NCBI GenBank assembly: GCA_963770875.1
Contig: CAVYRE010000006.1
Span: 329,619 to 393,618 of the forward strand
Length of the DNA stretch: 64,000 nt
Origin: an uncultured Chloroflexia bacterium
Lineage (GTDB): Bacteria; Chloroflexota; Limnocylindria; QHBO01
Direction: 5' to 3'
Shown in pieces: positions 41,875-51,008 of the stretch. The position numbers and the translations under genes are program-made. Every line of letters starts with the position of its first letter. Position 1 is the first letter of the stretch. Below the pieces are notes generated by a model, which was not told the origin of the DNA, made no database searches, and saw nothing but the letters and a program-made list of their open reading frames with translations.

Positions 41875-42447
41875 TCAGTTGAGCCGCAGGTCGCGGCTGC
41901 CCTCGGCGCCGGCGGCCTCGAGCTCCAGGTCGACGGGAATGGCCTCGGAGTCGCCGGCGACGGCGATCGGCTCGGCATCGGCCTTCCGGACGCGCGCATC
42001 GCGAACCTTCGCCAGGAGCCCCTTCACCGCTCGCGGGTCGCGCAGGTCACCGTAGCGCTCCAGCAGCTCCGGAAGGGCGTCTCGGATCGCGTCGTAGCGG
42101 CGTCCCATGATCGATCGCAGCCGCGCGAGGTCCTTGTCCAGGTCGGCGGTCCCGTTGTGGGCGCGCTCCATGTGCTCGCGGCGCACGTCGGCCGGGGCGT
42201 TGGCGATGAACAGGTCGAGGACGAGGAGCAGGACGGTGAGGTCGTCGGCCTGCCCCAGGATCGGGATCGCGTCGGGGATCACGTCGAGTGGCATCACAAG
42301 GTAGGCGAGGCCGGCACCGAGCAGCGCCTTCAGGGGGAGGGGGGTGCGGGGATCGCGGACGAGCCCCCAGATCACGCGGGCGTACATCGGGAGCTTCCAG
42401 ATCAGGCGCGCCAGGCGCACGGAGCGCCATCGGCCGGAGATGTTCAC
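41875..42447 (-). CDS. DUF1232 (YkvA-like) membrane protein
   Basis: DPRTPLPLKALLGAGLAYLVMPLDVIPDAIPILGQADDLTVLL signature. Confidence 0.6.
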   Translation of the reverse strand: MNISGRWRSVRLARLIWKLPMYARVIWGLVRDPRTPLPLKALLGAGLAYLVMPLDVIPDAIPILGQADDLTVLLLVLDLFIANAPADVRREHMERAHNGTADLDKDLARLRSIMGRRYDAIRDALPELLERYGDLRDPRAVKGLLAKVRDARVRKADAEPIAVAGDSEAIPVDLELEAAGAEGSRDLRLN

Positions 42448-42505
42448 GCGGGCCTCCGGTTCGGGATCGAGGTGGAGTCCGATGGTATCAGAGCAGGCCG
42501 ATTGT

Positions 42506-42535
42506 TTGACATTAGAACGCCTGTTCTGCTATGGT
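42506..42535 (+). promoter_or_regulatory. lexA promoter with an SOS (Cheo-type) box inside the spacer
   Basis: TTGACA (42506-42511), then box AGAACgcctGTTCT (42514-42527), then TATGGT (42530-42535), with an 18-nt spacer. AAGGAG lies 6 nt before the lexA ATG. Confidence 0.65.
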
Positions 42536-42572
42536 CGCGCCCGCACGTCCTGCACCGCACAAGGAGCCGCCG

Positions 42573-43259
42573 ATGACCAGGCATGACGCCGAGCGTCGGA
42601 AGAAGATCCTCGAATGCATCGCCCGCACCGTCGCGGAGCGTGGCTACCCGCCGAGCGTGCGCGAGATCGCCGAGGCCGTGGGCCTCGCCTCGCCATCGGC
42701 CGTGCATCACCACCTGTCCGCCCTCGAGCGCGACGGGCTGCTCGAGCGGGGTGCGCACTCGTCGCGCGCGTTGCGGCTCACCGTTCGTGCGGAGGCAGAG
42801 CTGGGCCTCCCGGCCCGCCGCCCGGCAGCGCCGGTCGAACGCAGCCGCGTGACGCCGTTCCGGATGCCCATCGAGCGTGAGACGCTGGCCCTGCCGGTGA
42901 TCGGCGAGATCGCCGCCGGCCAGCCGATCGAAGCGTACGCGGAGGGCGCGGAGACCCTCGAAGTCCCGCGCTCCCTCCAGGCGAGGGACGACTCCTACGT
43001 CCTCCGCGTGCGCGGCAAGTCGATGATCGACGCCCTGATCGACGACGGCGACTACGTCGTGGTGCAGCCGCAGGCCACCGCGCACGACGGCGACATCGTG
43101 GTCGCGCTGCTCGAGGACAACGGGGTGACGCTCAAGCGCTTCTACCGTGAGAAGGACCGGATCCGGCTCCAGCCGGCGAACGCCGAGATGGAGCCGATCT
43201 ACGCCTCCGAGGTGCAGATCCAGGGCAAGGTGGTCGGGGTCATCCGCAAGCTGGCATAG
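42573..43259 (+). CDS. lexA: LexA repressor
   Basis: ATG at 42573 (MTRHDAERRKKILE…). Winged HTH, then S24 peptidase with VRGKSM (Ser) and VIRKL (Lys). Confidence 0.9.
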   Translation: MTRHDAERRKKILECIARTVAERGYPPSVREIAEAVGLASPSAVHHHLSALERDGLLERGAHSSRALRLTVRAEAELGLPARRPAAPVERSRVTPFRMPIERETLALPVIGEIAAGQPIEAYAEGAETLEVPRSLQARDDSYVLRVRGKSMIDALIDDGDYVVVQPQATAHDGDIVVALLEDNGVTLKRFYREKDRIRLQPANAEMEPIYASEVQIQGKVVGVIRKLA

Positions 43260-43297
43260 GCCCGGACGGCCGGACCGAGCCGTACCCTGCGGGGCAC

Positions 43298-44509
43298 ATG
43301 ACCCGCGCGATCATCCACGCCGACCTCGACGCCTTCTACGCCAGCGTCGAGGTGCTCGACGATCCCTCACTGCGCGGCAAGCCGGTGATCGTCGGTGGCG
43401 ACCCGGGCGCCCGTGGCGTGGTGAGCGCCGCCTCCTACGAGGCACGCAGGTTCGGCGTCCACTCCGCCATGCCGCTCCGCACCGCGGCGCGCCTCTGCCC
43501 CACCGGGGTCTTCGTCGCCGGCCACCCGGAGCGCTACCGCGACCTGTCGCGCCAGGTGATGCGGATCTTCGCCTCGTACACGCCGCTGGTCGAGCCGATC
43601 AGCCTCGACGAGGCGTTCCTCGACGTGACTTCGAGCCAGGAGGCGTTCGGCGACGCCGAGACGATCGGCCGCGCCATCAAGCGGCGGGTCCTCGACGAGG
43701 TCGGCCTCGTCGTGAGCGTCGGCGTGGCCACGAACAAGCTGTGCGCCAAGGTCGCCTCGGACCTCCGCAAGCCCGATGCCCTGGTCGTCGTCCCGCACGG
43801 CGGCGAGGCCGCCTTCCTGGCGCCGCTGCCGGTGAGCCGGCTGTGGGGCGTCGGGCCGCAGTCGCGCCAGGCGCTGGCCGACTATGGGGTCACGACGATC
43901 GGGCAGCTCGCCGCGCTCCCCGAAGGAACATTGCGCCGTCGATTCGGGTCCCACGGCCATGACCTCGCGCTGCGCGCTCGGGGGATCGACCCCTCGCCGG
44001 TGGTGCCGAGCCAGGCGCCGAAGAGCATCGGCCATGAGCTGACCTTCGACCGCGACGTGACCGACCCCGCCCGCCTCGAGGCGACCCTCCTCGACCTGGC
44101 CGAATCGGTGGCGAGCCGCCTGCGCGCCCACCACATGGCCGCGGGCGCGGTGCAGCTCAAGCTGCGCTACGAGGGCTTCGAGACGCTCACCCGCCAGATG
44201 GGCGTGCCGCACCAGACCCGCGAGTCGGAGCCGATCTACGCCGCAGGCATCGCGCTCCTGCGCAAGACCCTGGTCCGCGACCGCGCCGTCCGGCTCATCG
44301 GCCTGACCGCGATCAACCTGACCGACGTCCAGCAGCTGACCCTCTTCGACGCTCCGGACAAGACCGATCGGATCACCGCCTCGATCGACGCGGTGCGAGA
44401 GAAGTTCGGGGAGAAGGCGATCACCCGGGCGCGGCTGATCGGGCACCGCGATCGGCGCCGCTTCGACTTCGGCGAGAAGCCACCGGCCCCGGGCGACGAA
44501 GACCCTTGA
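43298..44509 (+). CDS. dinB: DNA polymerase IV
   Basis: 403 aa. IIHADLDAFYASVE and Y-family motifs. No own LexA box; probably co-transcribed with lexA. Confidence 0.9.
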   Translation: MTRAIIHADLDAFYASVEVLDDPSLRGKPVIVGGDPGARGVVSAASYEARRFGVHSAMPLRTAARLCPTGVFVAGHPERYRDLSRQVMRIFASYTPLVEPISLDEAFLDVTSSQEAFGDAETIGRAIKRRVLDEVGLVVSVGVATNKLCAKVASDLRKPDALVVVPHGGEAAFLAPLPVSRLWGVGPQSRQALADYGVTTIGQLAALPEGTLRRRFGSHGHDLALRARGIDPSPVVPSQAPKSIGHELTFDRDVTDPARLEATLLDLAESVASRLRAHHMAAGAVQLKLRYEGFETLTRQMGVPHQTRESEPIYAAGIALLRKTLVRDRAVRLIGLTAINLTDVQQLTLFDAPDKTDRITASIDAVREKFGEKAITRARLIGHRDRRRFDFGEKPPAPGDEDP

Positions 44510-44559
44510 CAGATCGAACGCCTGTTCGTATGCTCCGATCCTATTAGAACGCCTGTTCG
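44506..44559 (+). promoter_or_regulatory. Second SOS promoter carrying two LexA boxes
   Basis: TTGACA (44506-44511, overlapping the dinB stop), box 1 TCGAACgcctGTTCG (44514-44528) in a 17-nt spacer, TATGCT (44529-44534), then box 2 AGAACgcctGTTCG (44546-44559). The layout is near-identical to the lexA promoter. Confidence 0.65.
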
Positions 44560-44597
44560 GTGCCCTGCGCAGGCGGCGTGAAGGAGCTGTGGAACCA

Positions 44598-44858
44598 ATG
44601 GCACTCACCAAGATCACGCCGACCGAGGCACGCGTGCACTGGGATCGGCATCAATCACGACCATCGACCGTCCTCGTGGCGGGGCGACAGCTGACTGTGA
44701 CGTCGCTCGACGCGATGCGGGACGAGACGGCGGCCTACCCCGCCGACCGGGGTCCGCGCATCACCTACCTGGTCGCGACCGATGGCGGCCAGGCCTCGCT
44801 CATCTTCGACGGGCGGCAACGCCGCTGGTTCGTCGACGCGCTGGACGAGGCCGCCTGA
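44598..44858 (+). CDS. Small LexA-regulated protein of unknown function (86 aa)
   Basis: ATG at 44598, 11 nt after AAGGAG. The track start GTG at 44589 is too close to the RBS. MALTKITPTEARVHWDRHQSRPSTVLVAGRQLTVTSLDAMRDETAAYPADRGPRITYLVATDGGQASLIFDGRQRRWFVDALDEAA. No transmembrane segment. High GC3. Confidence 0.55.
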   Translation: MALTKITPTEARVHWDRHQSRPSTVLVAGRQLTVTSLDAMRDETAAYPADRGPRITYLVATDGGQASLIFDGRQRRWFVDALDEAA

Positions 44859-44861
44859 GGG

Positions 44862-45710
44862 TCAGCCCAGGGGCTCGGACTCGACCACCCAGATCGGGCC
44901 GTCACCGGCCTCGACCCGCGTGGCATCGCCCCCCGGGTCGGTCAGCGAGGTGCGAACGAGGCGGACCCTCCGCCCGCCCAGCTCGGCCACCGGACCCACG
45001 ATCGGTGACAGGTCGAAGGTGAAGCCCCAGGCCCGCACCTGGTCGTGGATCCTCCGGGCCGGCTTCGCCCAGTCGACCGTGGCGTAGTCCTCGCCGAAGT
45101 GGCCAGCCCAGGTGACCCCCTCGGCCGGCTGCGGGTCGCCCGGGTCGCCGGCGGCGATGCGTGCCAGGACGGTCGGCAGCAGGCCCATCGCCACGGTCCC
45201 GATGCGCGGCCCCACCACCTCGATGCTGAAGTCGTCGTCGAGCATCGGCACGGTCGCCTGGGCCAGGATCGCGCCGGTGTCCAGCTGCTCGTCCATGCGG
45301 TGCCAGGTCACGCCGAACTGACCATCGCCGTCGCGGAAGGCCCATGCCAGCGGGATCGGGCCGCGATGGCGGGGCAGCAGGGCTGGATGGCAGTTCACCG
45401 AGCCGAGGCGCGGGACGTCGAGCGCGGCCTGCGGGATGCGCCACGGGAAGCCCCAGCAGATCGCCAGGTCGGGCCGCGATGAGCGCAGCAGCGGCTCGAC
45501 CGCCCACTTGTCGTGGGCGAGCAGCACGTCGAGCCCTTCGGGGGCGGTCTCGTCGCCCATCGGCTCGCGGCCGGCCGGCGCCGGCTGCCGTCGCCGGGCA
45601 CTGAGGATGGAGACCGGATCGTGGCCGAGCTGGCGCAGGACCGGGACCAGCGCCGCGGCCACCGGCGGGACGGTGGTGATCAACGCGATGCGCCAGCCGC
45701 TGTGCTTCAT
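44862..45710 (-). CDS. Formyltransferase-family protein (Fmt/PurN-like)
   Basis: 282 aa. SVNCHPALLPRHRGPIPLAWAF motif. Convergent with the SOS small ORF, 3-bp gap. Confidence 0.65.
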   Translation of the reverse strand: MKHSGWRIALITTVPPVAAALVPVLRQLGHDPVSILSARRRQPAPAGREPMGDETAPEGLDVLLAHDKWAVEPLLRSSRPDLAICWGFPWRIPQAALDVPRLGSVNCHPALLPRHRGPIPLAWAFRDGDGQFGVTWHRMDEQLDTGAILAQATVPMLDDDFSIEVVGPRIGTVAMGLLPTVLARIAAGDPGDPQPAEGVTWAGHFGEDYATVDWAKPARRIHDQVRAWGFTFDLSPIVGPVAELGGRRVRLVRTSLTDPGGDATRVEAGDGPIWVVESEPLG

Positions 45711-45800
45711 GCGGCTGCGAGTCTAGCCCGTACAATCGATGGCGAGGCTCTCGCCGCGGCCGCCGTGCGGGCGCCCGAACTGGCACGAGGCAGCTCGTCG

Positions 45801-46451
45801 ATGAGCGATTCTCCCCGACTCTCCGAACTCACCGTCACCGCGCTCCTGGATCGCCTGGCGAGCAGCGACCCGGCGCCCGGCGGCGGGAGCGCCGCCGGGC
45901 TGGCGGCCGCCATGGGCGCCGGCCTGGTGGCGATGGTCGCGGAGCTGACGCTTGGCCGGCCCGCGTACGCCGAGCACCAGGATCTCGTCTCTGACCTGCG
46001 CGACGCGGCCCGTGCGAGGAAGGATCAGCTCCTCGCCCTGGCGGAGCAGGACGCGGTGGGCTACGACGCGGTCGTCACCGCGCGCCGCATGCCGAAGGAG
46101 TCCGAGGCCGAGCGCGAGGCACGGGCATCGGCCCTGCGCGGCGCCATGCTCGAGGCGGCCCGGGTGCCGATGCGGATCGCCGCCGTCGCCGCCGAGGTGC
46201 TGGAGATGGCGGAGCGGATCGCGCCGATCGGCAACAAGAACGCGGCCAGCGACGCCGGCGTCGCCGCGCAGCTCGCCGCCGCGGGCCTGCGCGGAGCGCT
46301 CCTCAACGTGCGCATCAACCTTCCGTACCTCGCCGAGGACGAGCCGCTGCGCCTCTCGGCCCCCGACGAGATCGAGCGCCTCGATGCGTTCGCCACCGTC
46401 CACGAGCGGGCCGCGCTGGCAGCCGTCGACGCCAGGCTGGTAGCGGCATGA
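45801..46451 (+). CDS. Formiminotetrahydrofolate cyclodeaminase / methenyl-THF cyclohydrolase-like protein (FTCD_C family)
   Basis: ATG at 45801 (MSDSPRLSELTVTALLDRLASSDPAPGGGSAAGLAAAMGA…). All-helical FTCD C-domain pattern. 4-nt overlap with folD. Confidence 0.7.
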   Translation: MSDSPRLSELTVTALLDRLASSDPAPGGGSAAGLAAAMGAGLVAMVAELTLGRPAYAEHQDLVSDLRDAARARKDQLLALAEQDAVGYDAVVTARRMPKESEAEREARASALRGAMLEAARVPMRIAAVAAEVLEMAERIAPIGNKNAASDAGVAAQLAAAGLRGALLNVRINLPYLAEDEPLRLSAPDEIERLDAFATVHERAALAAVDARLVAA

Positions 46452-47461
46452 GCGGCCGCGTCCTCGACGGTCGCGCGGTCGCGTCGCGCCTGTGGCGCGA
46501 CCTCTCCGACCGCATCGCCGACCTTCACGAGCGGACCGGCGCCACGCCGCGCCTGGCGATCATCCGCTTCGACGCGCGCGGCCCATCGGCCGTATACGCC
46601 AACAGCGTGTGGCGCGCGGCGCGGAGCGTCGGGGTCGAGGCGTTCGAGATCGACCCGCCGGAGGGCGTGGCGCTCTCCGACCTGGCGGCACGCATCGGCG
46701 CCCTGAACCGGGACCCCTCCATCGCCGGGATCGTGGTGGCGCAGCCGGTGCCGGCGCACCTGGACGGCAACGCGGTGGTGGCCCTGATCGACCCGGCCAA
46801 GGACGTCGACGGCGCCACGCCGCTCAACGCGGGGCGGATTGCGCGCGGCGAGCGCACCTTCGTGCCCGCCACCGCCCTGGCGGTGATGGCGATCCTGCGC
46901 AGCTACCAGATCCCCATCGCCGGGAAGCGTGCGGTGGTCATCGGTCGCTCGGCCGTCGTCGGCCGGCCAGCCGCCGCCCTGCTGGTCGCCGCCGACGCCA
47001 CGGTGGTGATCTGCCATCGGCGCACCCGCAACCTCGCCCGCGAGACGCGGCGCGCCGAGATCCTGGTGGTCGCCGCCGGAGTGCCGAACCTGGTCGGCCC
47101 CGAGATGGTCAACCGCTCCGCGGTGGTGATCGACTGCGGCATCAACACCATCCCCGGCGGGATCGTTGGCGACGTCGACTACGCCGCGGTGCGGCCGGTG
47201 GTCACCGCCATCACTCCGGTCCCCGGCGGAGTCGGGCCGGTGACCACGATGATGCTGCTCGAGCAGACGGTCGAGGCCGCCGAGCGAGCCGAGTCGCACG
47301 ACGAGCCCGCGCTGGACCGATACGCCGTGCCGCCGCCCCGCGTCGAGGCCGCCGACTGCTACGGAGCCGGACTCTCGCTGATCTGGCTCAGCACGTGGAG
47401 GGTCATGTCGGCGAGCGGCACCGACCCGTCGATGAGGCCGAGCCGGCGCATCGTGTCGTAG
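46448..47461 (+). CDS. folD: Bifunctional methylene-THF dehydrogenase / methenyl-THF cyclohydrolase
   Basis: Rossmann GKRAVVIGRSAVVGRP and PVPGGVGPVTTMMLL. Has an unusual ~50-aa C-terminal tail that overlaps the convergent SBP gene. Confidence 0.85.
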   Translation: MSGRVLDGRAVASRLWRDLSDRIADLHERTGATPRLAIIRFDARGPSAVYANSVWRAARSVGVEAFEIDPPEGVALSDLAARIGALNRDPSIAGIVVAQPVPAHLDGNAVVALIDPAKDVDGATPLNAGRIARGERTFVPATALAVMAILRSYQIPIAGKRAVVIGRSAVVGRPAAALLVAADATVVICHRRTRNLARETRRAEILVVAAGVPNLVGPEMVNRSAVVIDCGINTIPGGIVGDVDYAAVRPVVTAITPVPGGVGPVTTMMLLEQTVEAAERAESHDEPALDRYAVPPPRVEAADCYGAGLSLIWLSTWRVMSASGTDPSMRPSRRIVS

Positions 47462-48375
47462 CCCTTCTCCCAGACGGCCTGGTCGATGCTCCCGCTCGGC
47501 TGGGCCGCCGAACCGCGCCACAGCTCGATCGAGGCCTTCAGGACGGCGAGCGCGGTGGCCTTGTCCGAGGCGATCGCTGGCACGACCACGGTCGCCGCGT
47601 CCAGGCCCAGCTGCGGATTCGCGGCAATTGCCCGCTGGGCGCGGAGGGTGGCCGCCGCGAACTCGGCGACGCGCGAATCGGTCGCGGTGAGCAGCGCGTC
47701 GCCGACGATCAGGCCCGGCCCGGGCAGCGGCGCGACCGTGTCGATCGTCAGCATGTCGACCTGCATCCCCTGCGCGGCCAGGCGGAGCGGCTCGTTGGTG
47801 CGGAAGCCGGTGATCAGGTCCACGTCACCGGCGAGCAGGCCGTCGACCTGGTTGAACTGCGGGTACTCGCGAATGGTGACATCGGCCTCGGTCAGGCCGC
47901 CCGCCTGCAGCACGGCCAGCAGCGCGGCCCACGATGAGCCGTACTTCCCGGGTGTTCCGATCCGCTTGCCGGCCAGGTCGGCCGGATTGGCCGGCACCTT
48001 GCCCTTGGGACCGATGATCGCCACGGGGAACGCGTCGTACAGGGTCGACACGTACTTCACCGGGATCCCGGCGGTGCGGCTGATCATCACGTCGGTGGCA
48101 TCGGCCACGCCGAACTGCGCCTGGCCGTCGGCCACGAGGCGAATGAGGTCGGACTCGCTCTTGTGCTGGATCGTGACGTTCAGGCCGGCGTCGCGGTAGT
48201 AGCCGGCCTGCTGGGCCAGGTAGAAGGGGGCGAACTGCACGTCGGGCTGATAGCTGAGCAGCAGGGTCACCGACTTCATCACCGGTGGCGGCGCCAGCGA
48301 CGGCGAGGCGGCCGGCGCACAGGCTGCCAATGCCAGCGCGAGGACGAGGAGCACGGGGGATCGGCGCAGGCGCAT
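47359..48375 (-). CDS. ABC transporter substrate-binding lipoprotein, NMT1/THI5 (NitT/TauT) family
   Basis: Lipobox LALAACAP. 338 aa periplasmic-binding fold. Confidence 0.75.
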   Translation of the reverse strand: MRLRRSPVLLVLALALAACAPAASPSLAPPPVMKSVTLLLSYQPDVQFAPFYLAQQAGYYRDAGLNVTIQHKSESDLIRLVADGQAQFGVADATDVMISRTAGIPVKYVSTLYDAFPVAIIGPKGKVPANPADLAGKRIGTPGKYGSSWAALLAVLQAGGLTEADVTIREYPQFNQVDGLLAGDVDLITGFRTNEPLRLAAQGMQVDMLTIDTVAPLPGPGLIVGDALLTATDSRVAEFAAATLRAQRAIAANPQLGLDAATVVVPAIASDKATALAVLKASIELWRGSAAQPSGSIDQAVWEKGYDTMRRLGLIDGSVPLADMTLHVLSQISESPAP

Positions 48376-48388
48376 CGGTCTTCCTTTC

Positions 48389-49129
48389 CTAGGTTTGAAC
48401 CAGCCGTCGCTGGGCCATCACCACCAGGCCATGGAGGGTGATGCCGATGACGGCGAGGGTCGCAAGCGCGACGAACATGAGCGGGGTGTCGAAGAGCCCC
48501 TGGTTGGCGATGTTGATGAGAACGCCCAGCCCGCTGCTGGCTCCGGCCCATTCGGCGACGACGGCGCCGATGACGGCCAGCGTCACCCCCACCCGCAGGC
48601 CGCCGAAGATGACCGGCAGGGCCGATGGGATCTCGAGCCGCGCGGTGAGCTGCGCGGGGCTGGCGCCCAGCGAGCGGAGCATCTCGGCGAGGAGCGGGTC
48701 GGCCGAGCGGATGCCGACCATGGTCGCGATGGCGATCGGGAAGAAGACGATCAGGGCGCAGATCAGGACGCGCGCCAGCAGGCCACCGCCGAACCAGATG
48801 TCGAGGAGCGGGGCGAGGGCGAGGATGGGGACCGATTGCGCCGCCACGATGTACGGGGAGAGGACGCGCTCGACCACGACGCTCTTGCCCAGGGCGATGC
48901 CGGTGCCGATGGCGGTCACCGCACCAAGGGCGAAGCCGAGCAGGATCTCGGAGAGGGTCACCGCCGTGTGCTCCCACAGGATCCCGTCACGGATCGCACG
49001 GAACGCTCGGTCGGCCACCACCTCGGGAGCCGGAAGGATGTAGTCGGGCGTGCCGGTCACGATGGTGAGCAGCTTCCAGGCGACCAGGAACGCGGCCAGG
49101 GAAAGGAGGGCGGCGGCGAGGCGCTTCAT
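48389..49129 (-). CDS. ABC transporter permease (BPD transmembrane domain)
   Basis: 246 aa, 6 transmembrane segments, EAA-like loop. Confidence 0.8.
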   Translation of the reverse strand: MKRLAAALLSLAAFLVAWKLLTIVTGTPDYILPAPEVVADRAFRAIRDGILWEHTAVTLSEILLGFALGAVTAIGTGIALGKSVVVERVLSPYIVAAQSVPILALAPLLDIWFGGGLLARVLICALIVFFPIAIATMVGIRSADPLLAEMLRSLGASPAQLTARLEIPSALPVIFGGLRVGVTLAVIGAVVAEWAGASSGLGVLINIANQGLFDTPLMFVALATLAVIGITLHGLVVMAQRRLVQT

Positions 49130-49956
49130 CGGTCAGTCCAGGGGGTGAGCTCGGCGGGATGGACCTCGGCGAGTGCCGCGCGCACCTGCGCGTCGATGGC
49201 CGCGGTCGCCTGGCTCGCCGCGGGACGCGGTCGCGGCAGGTCCACGGGGATCACCCGCGCCACGCTGCCCGGCCGGGCGGTCATCACCACGATCCTGTCG
49301 GCCATCCGTACCGCCTCCCCCACCGAGTGCGTGACCAACAGCACCGTCCGCGGCTGGTCCATCCAGAGGCGCTGGAGCTCGCCGTCGAACCCCTCGCGGG
49401 TGAGCGCATCGAGCGCGCTGAACGGCTCATCGAGGAGGAGCACCGGCGGGTCGCTGATCAGCGCCCGTGCCAGGCCCGCGCGCTGGGCCATTCCTCCCGA
49501 CAGCTGCCCGGGACGCACGCCTGCGGCCTCCGCCAGCCCAACCCGTGCAAGCGCGTCGATCGCCTGCTCGCGCCGCTCCGCGACTCCGACGCCGTTGAGG
49601 GCGAGCGGCAGCGCGACGTTGTCGACGGTCGAGAGCCAGGGCATCAGGCGCGGCTGCTGGAAGGCGAGGCCAACGCGCCCGTCACCGGCACGCAGTGCCC
49701 CTCCGTCGCCGAGCGCCACGCTCCCGCTGGTCGGCGCCACGAGCCCGGCGATGACGCGCAGCAGGGTGCTCTTGCCGCACCCGTTCGGCCCGATCACCAC
49801 GGTCAGGCTGCCCGCGGGAATGTCGAGGCTCAGGCCGTTCAGCGCGACAAGCCGTTCGCCTGCGGCTGGGAATGAGACGGTGACATCGGACAGGCGGACC
49901 CGCAGGGCGTCAGGCATCGGCGCCCCGTTCGCCTGGATCGTCGCCTCGACCGTCAT
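49126..49956 (-). CDS. ABC transporter ATP-binding protein
   Basis: Walker A GPNGCGKST, signature LSGGMAQR, Walker B LLLDEPFSALD. GGGAG 6 nt before the ATG. Confidence 0.85.
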   Translation of the reverse strand: MTVEATIQANGAPMPDALRVRLSDVTVSFPAAGERLVALNGLSLDIPAGSLTVVIGPNGCGKSTLLRVIAGLVAPTSGSVALGDGGALRAGDGRVGLAFQQPRLMPWLSTVDNVALPLALNGVGVAERREQAIDALARVGLAEAAGVRPGQLSGGMAQRAGLARALISDPPVLLLDEPFSALDALTREGFDGELQRLWMDQPRTVLLVTHSVGEAVRMADRIVVMTARPGSVARVIPVDLPRPRPAASQATAAIDAQVRAALAEVHPAELTPWTDR

Positions 49957-50328
49957 GGATTACTCCCGCTGCGCCTGGCATCGCGCGCGGGGCTCGGCCG
50001 CGGAACGGGCTCCAGCTCGACTCCCTCAGGCGCGCAGGCGCGCGCCACGGGTGAGTCGATGCGTCGGAGAACGCCTCGCGGTCGCCTTCTCCCATCCGGA
50101 CTGTGACCGTCGGCCCTGTCTGCCTGCGAGCGTCGCGCTCGCCGGTTCAGGTCGGCCCCGCCAGGTTCGTCCCTTCCGCCGCTCCTCGGCGTCCAGGCCC
50201 GATGGGGTTCGCGGGCTGGCTCGCCTCAGCGAGCCGACCGCCGGTGGGGATTTTCACCCCGCCCCGAAGGCGATGAAGTGTTCAGTTGCCGCTAGCGTGG
50301 CACCGAAACGGGTGCCGGTCAACCAGCG
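49957..50328 (-). promoter_or_regulatory. 372-nt structured leader of the ABC-transporter operon; candidate riboswitch, class unresolved
   Basis: No ORF. On the transcribed strand: hairpins GGGGUGAAAAUCCCC and GGCUCGCUGAGGCGAGCC. Motif strings GGUGAAAAUCC…CGGCGGU, CUGAGG, GAACC…AUC…GGAAGGGA and GACCUG are reminiscent of TPP- or cobalamin-type elements but are not diagnostic. Confidence 0.35.
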
Positions 50329-51006
50329 CTAGGTGGCGGCACGGTCGGCTGAGCCGCCTCGGCCGCGCAGCCATCGGTAGATGACGTACGCGATCCCGAG
50401 CAGCACGACCGCGTAGATCAGCAGCTCGAACGGGCGGATCGCGTCGTACAGGCGGCGGTAGTTCTCTCCGAGCAGGTAGCCGCCCAGCAGCAGCGCCGCG
50501 TTCCATGGCAGCGAGCCAAGCGTGGTGAAGAGCAGGAAGCGCCCGACCGGCATGCGCGCCACGCCCGCCGGGTAGCTGATCAGCGCGCGCAGCAGCGGCA
50601 CCAGCCGGGCGAAGAAGACGGCCCGATCGCCGTAGCGGGCGAACCAGGCGTCGGCGCGGTCGAGGTCATCGGGCTTGATGTGGACGTATCGGCCCCACTT
50701 GTCGAGCAGCGGACGGCCGCCCCAGGCGCCGATCAGGTAGCCGGCCAGCGACCCCGCCACCGCGCCCGCGGTCGCGATCACGAGGACGATCAGCCAGTTC
50801 CACCCCGCGTGGGTCAGTGGCTCGAGGATGGAGGGATCGGCTGCGGACTGGCTCACCTTCCAGCCGGCCATCGGCACGATCACCTCCGAAGGGATGATCG
50901 GGATGAAGGTCTCCAGGCCGACGGCGACGACCACTCCCAGGTAGCCGACCGCGTCGTAGAGCGAGAGGAAGAACGGGATGACGGTACGATCGATGAACTC
51001 GAGCAT
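50329..51006 (-). CDS. DedA/SNARE-associated family membrane protein
   Basis: 225 aa. …GLETFIPIIPSEVIV… and further DedA motifs. Confidence 0.75.
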   Translation of the reverse strand: MLEFIDRTVIPFFLSLYDAVGYLGVVVAVGLETFIPIIPSEVIVPMAGWKVSQSAADPSILEPLTHAGWNWLIVLVIATAGAVAGSLAGYLIGAWGGRPLLDKWGRYVHIKPDDLDRADAWFARYGDRAVFFARLVPLLRALISYPAGVARMPVGRFLLFTTLGSLPWNAALLLGGYLLGENYRRLYDAIRPFELLIYAVVLLGIAYVIYRWLRGRGGSADRAAT

Positions 51007-51008
51007 CG

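Noticed and set aside
50100-50330. RNase P RNA-like strings (AGUCCGG, GGGUGAAAA) in the transporter leader
   Set aside because: The motifs occur in the wrong order and context for RNase P RNA (no GGAAAGUCCGGGCUCC 5' element, no P4 pairing partner). Kept only as a generic structured-leader call.
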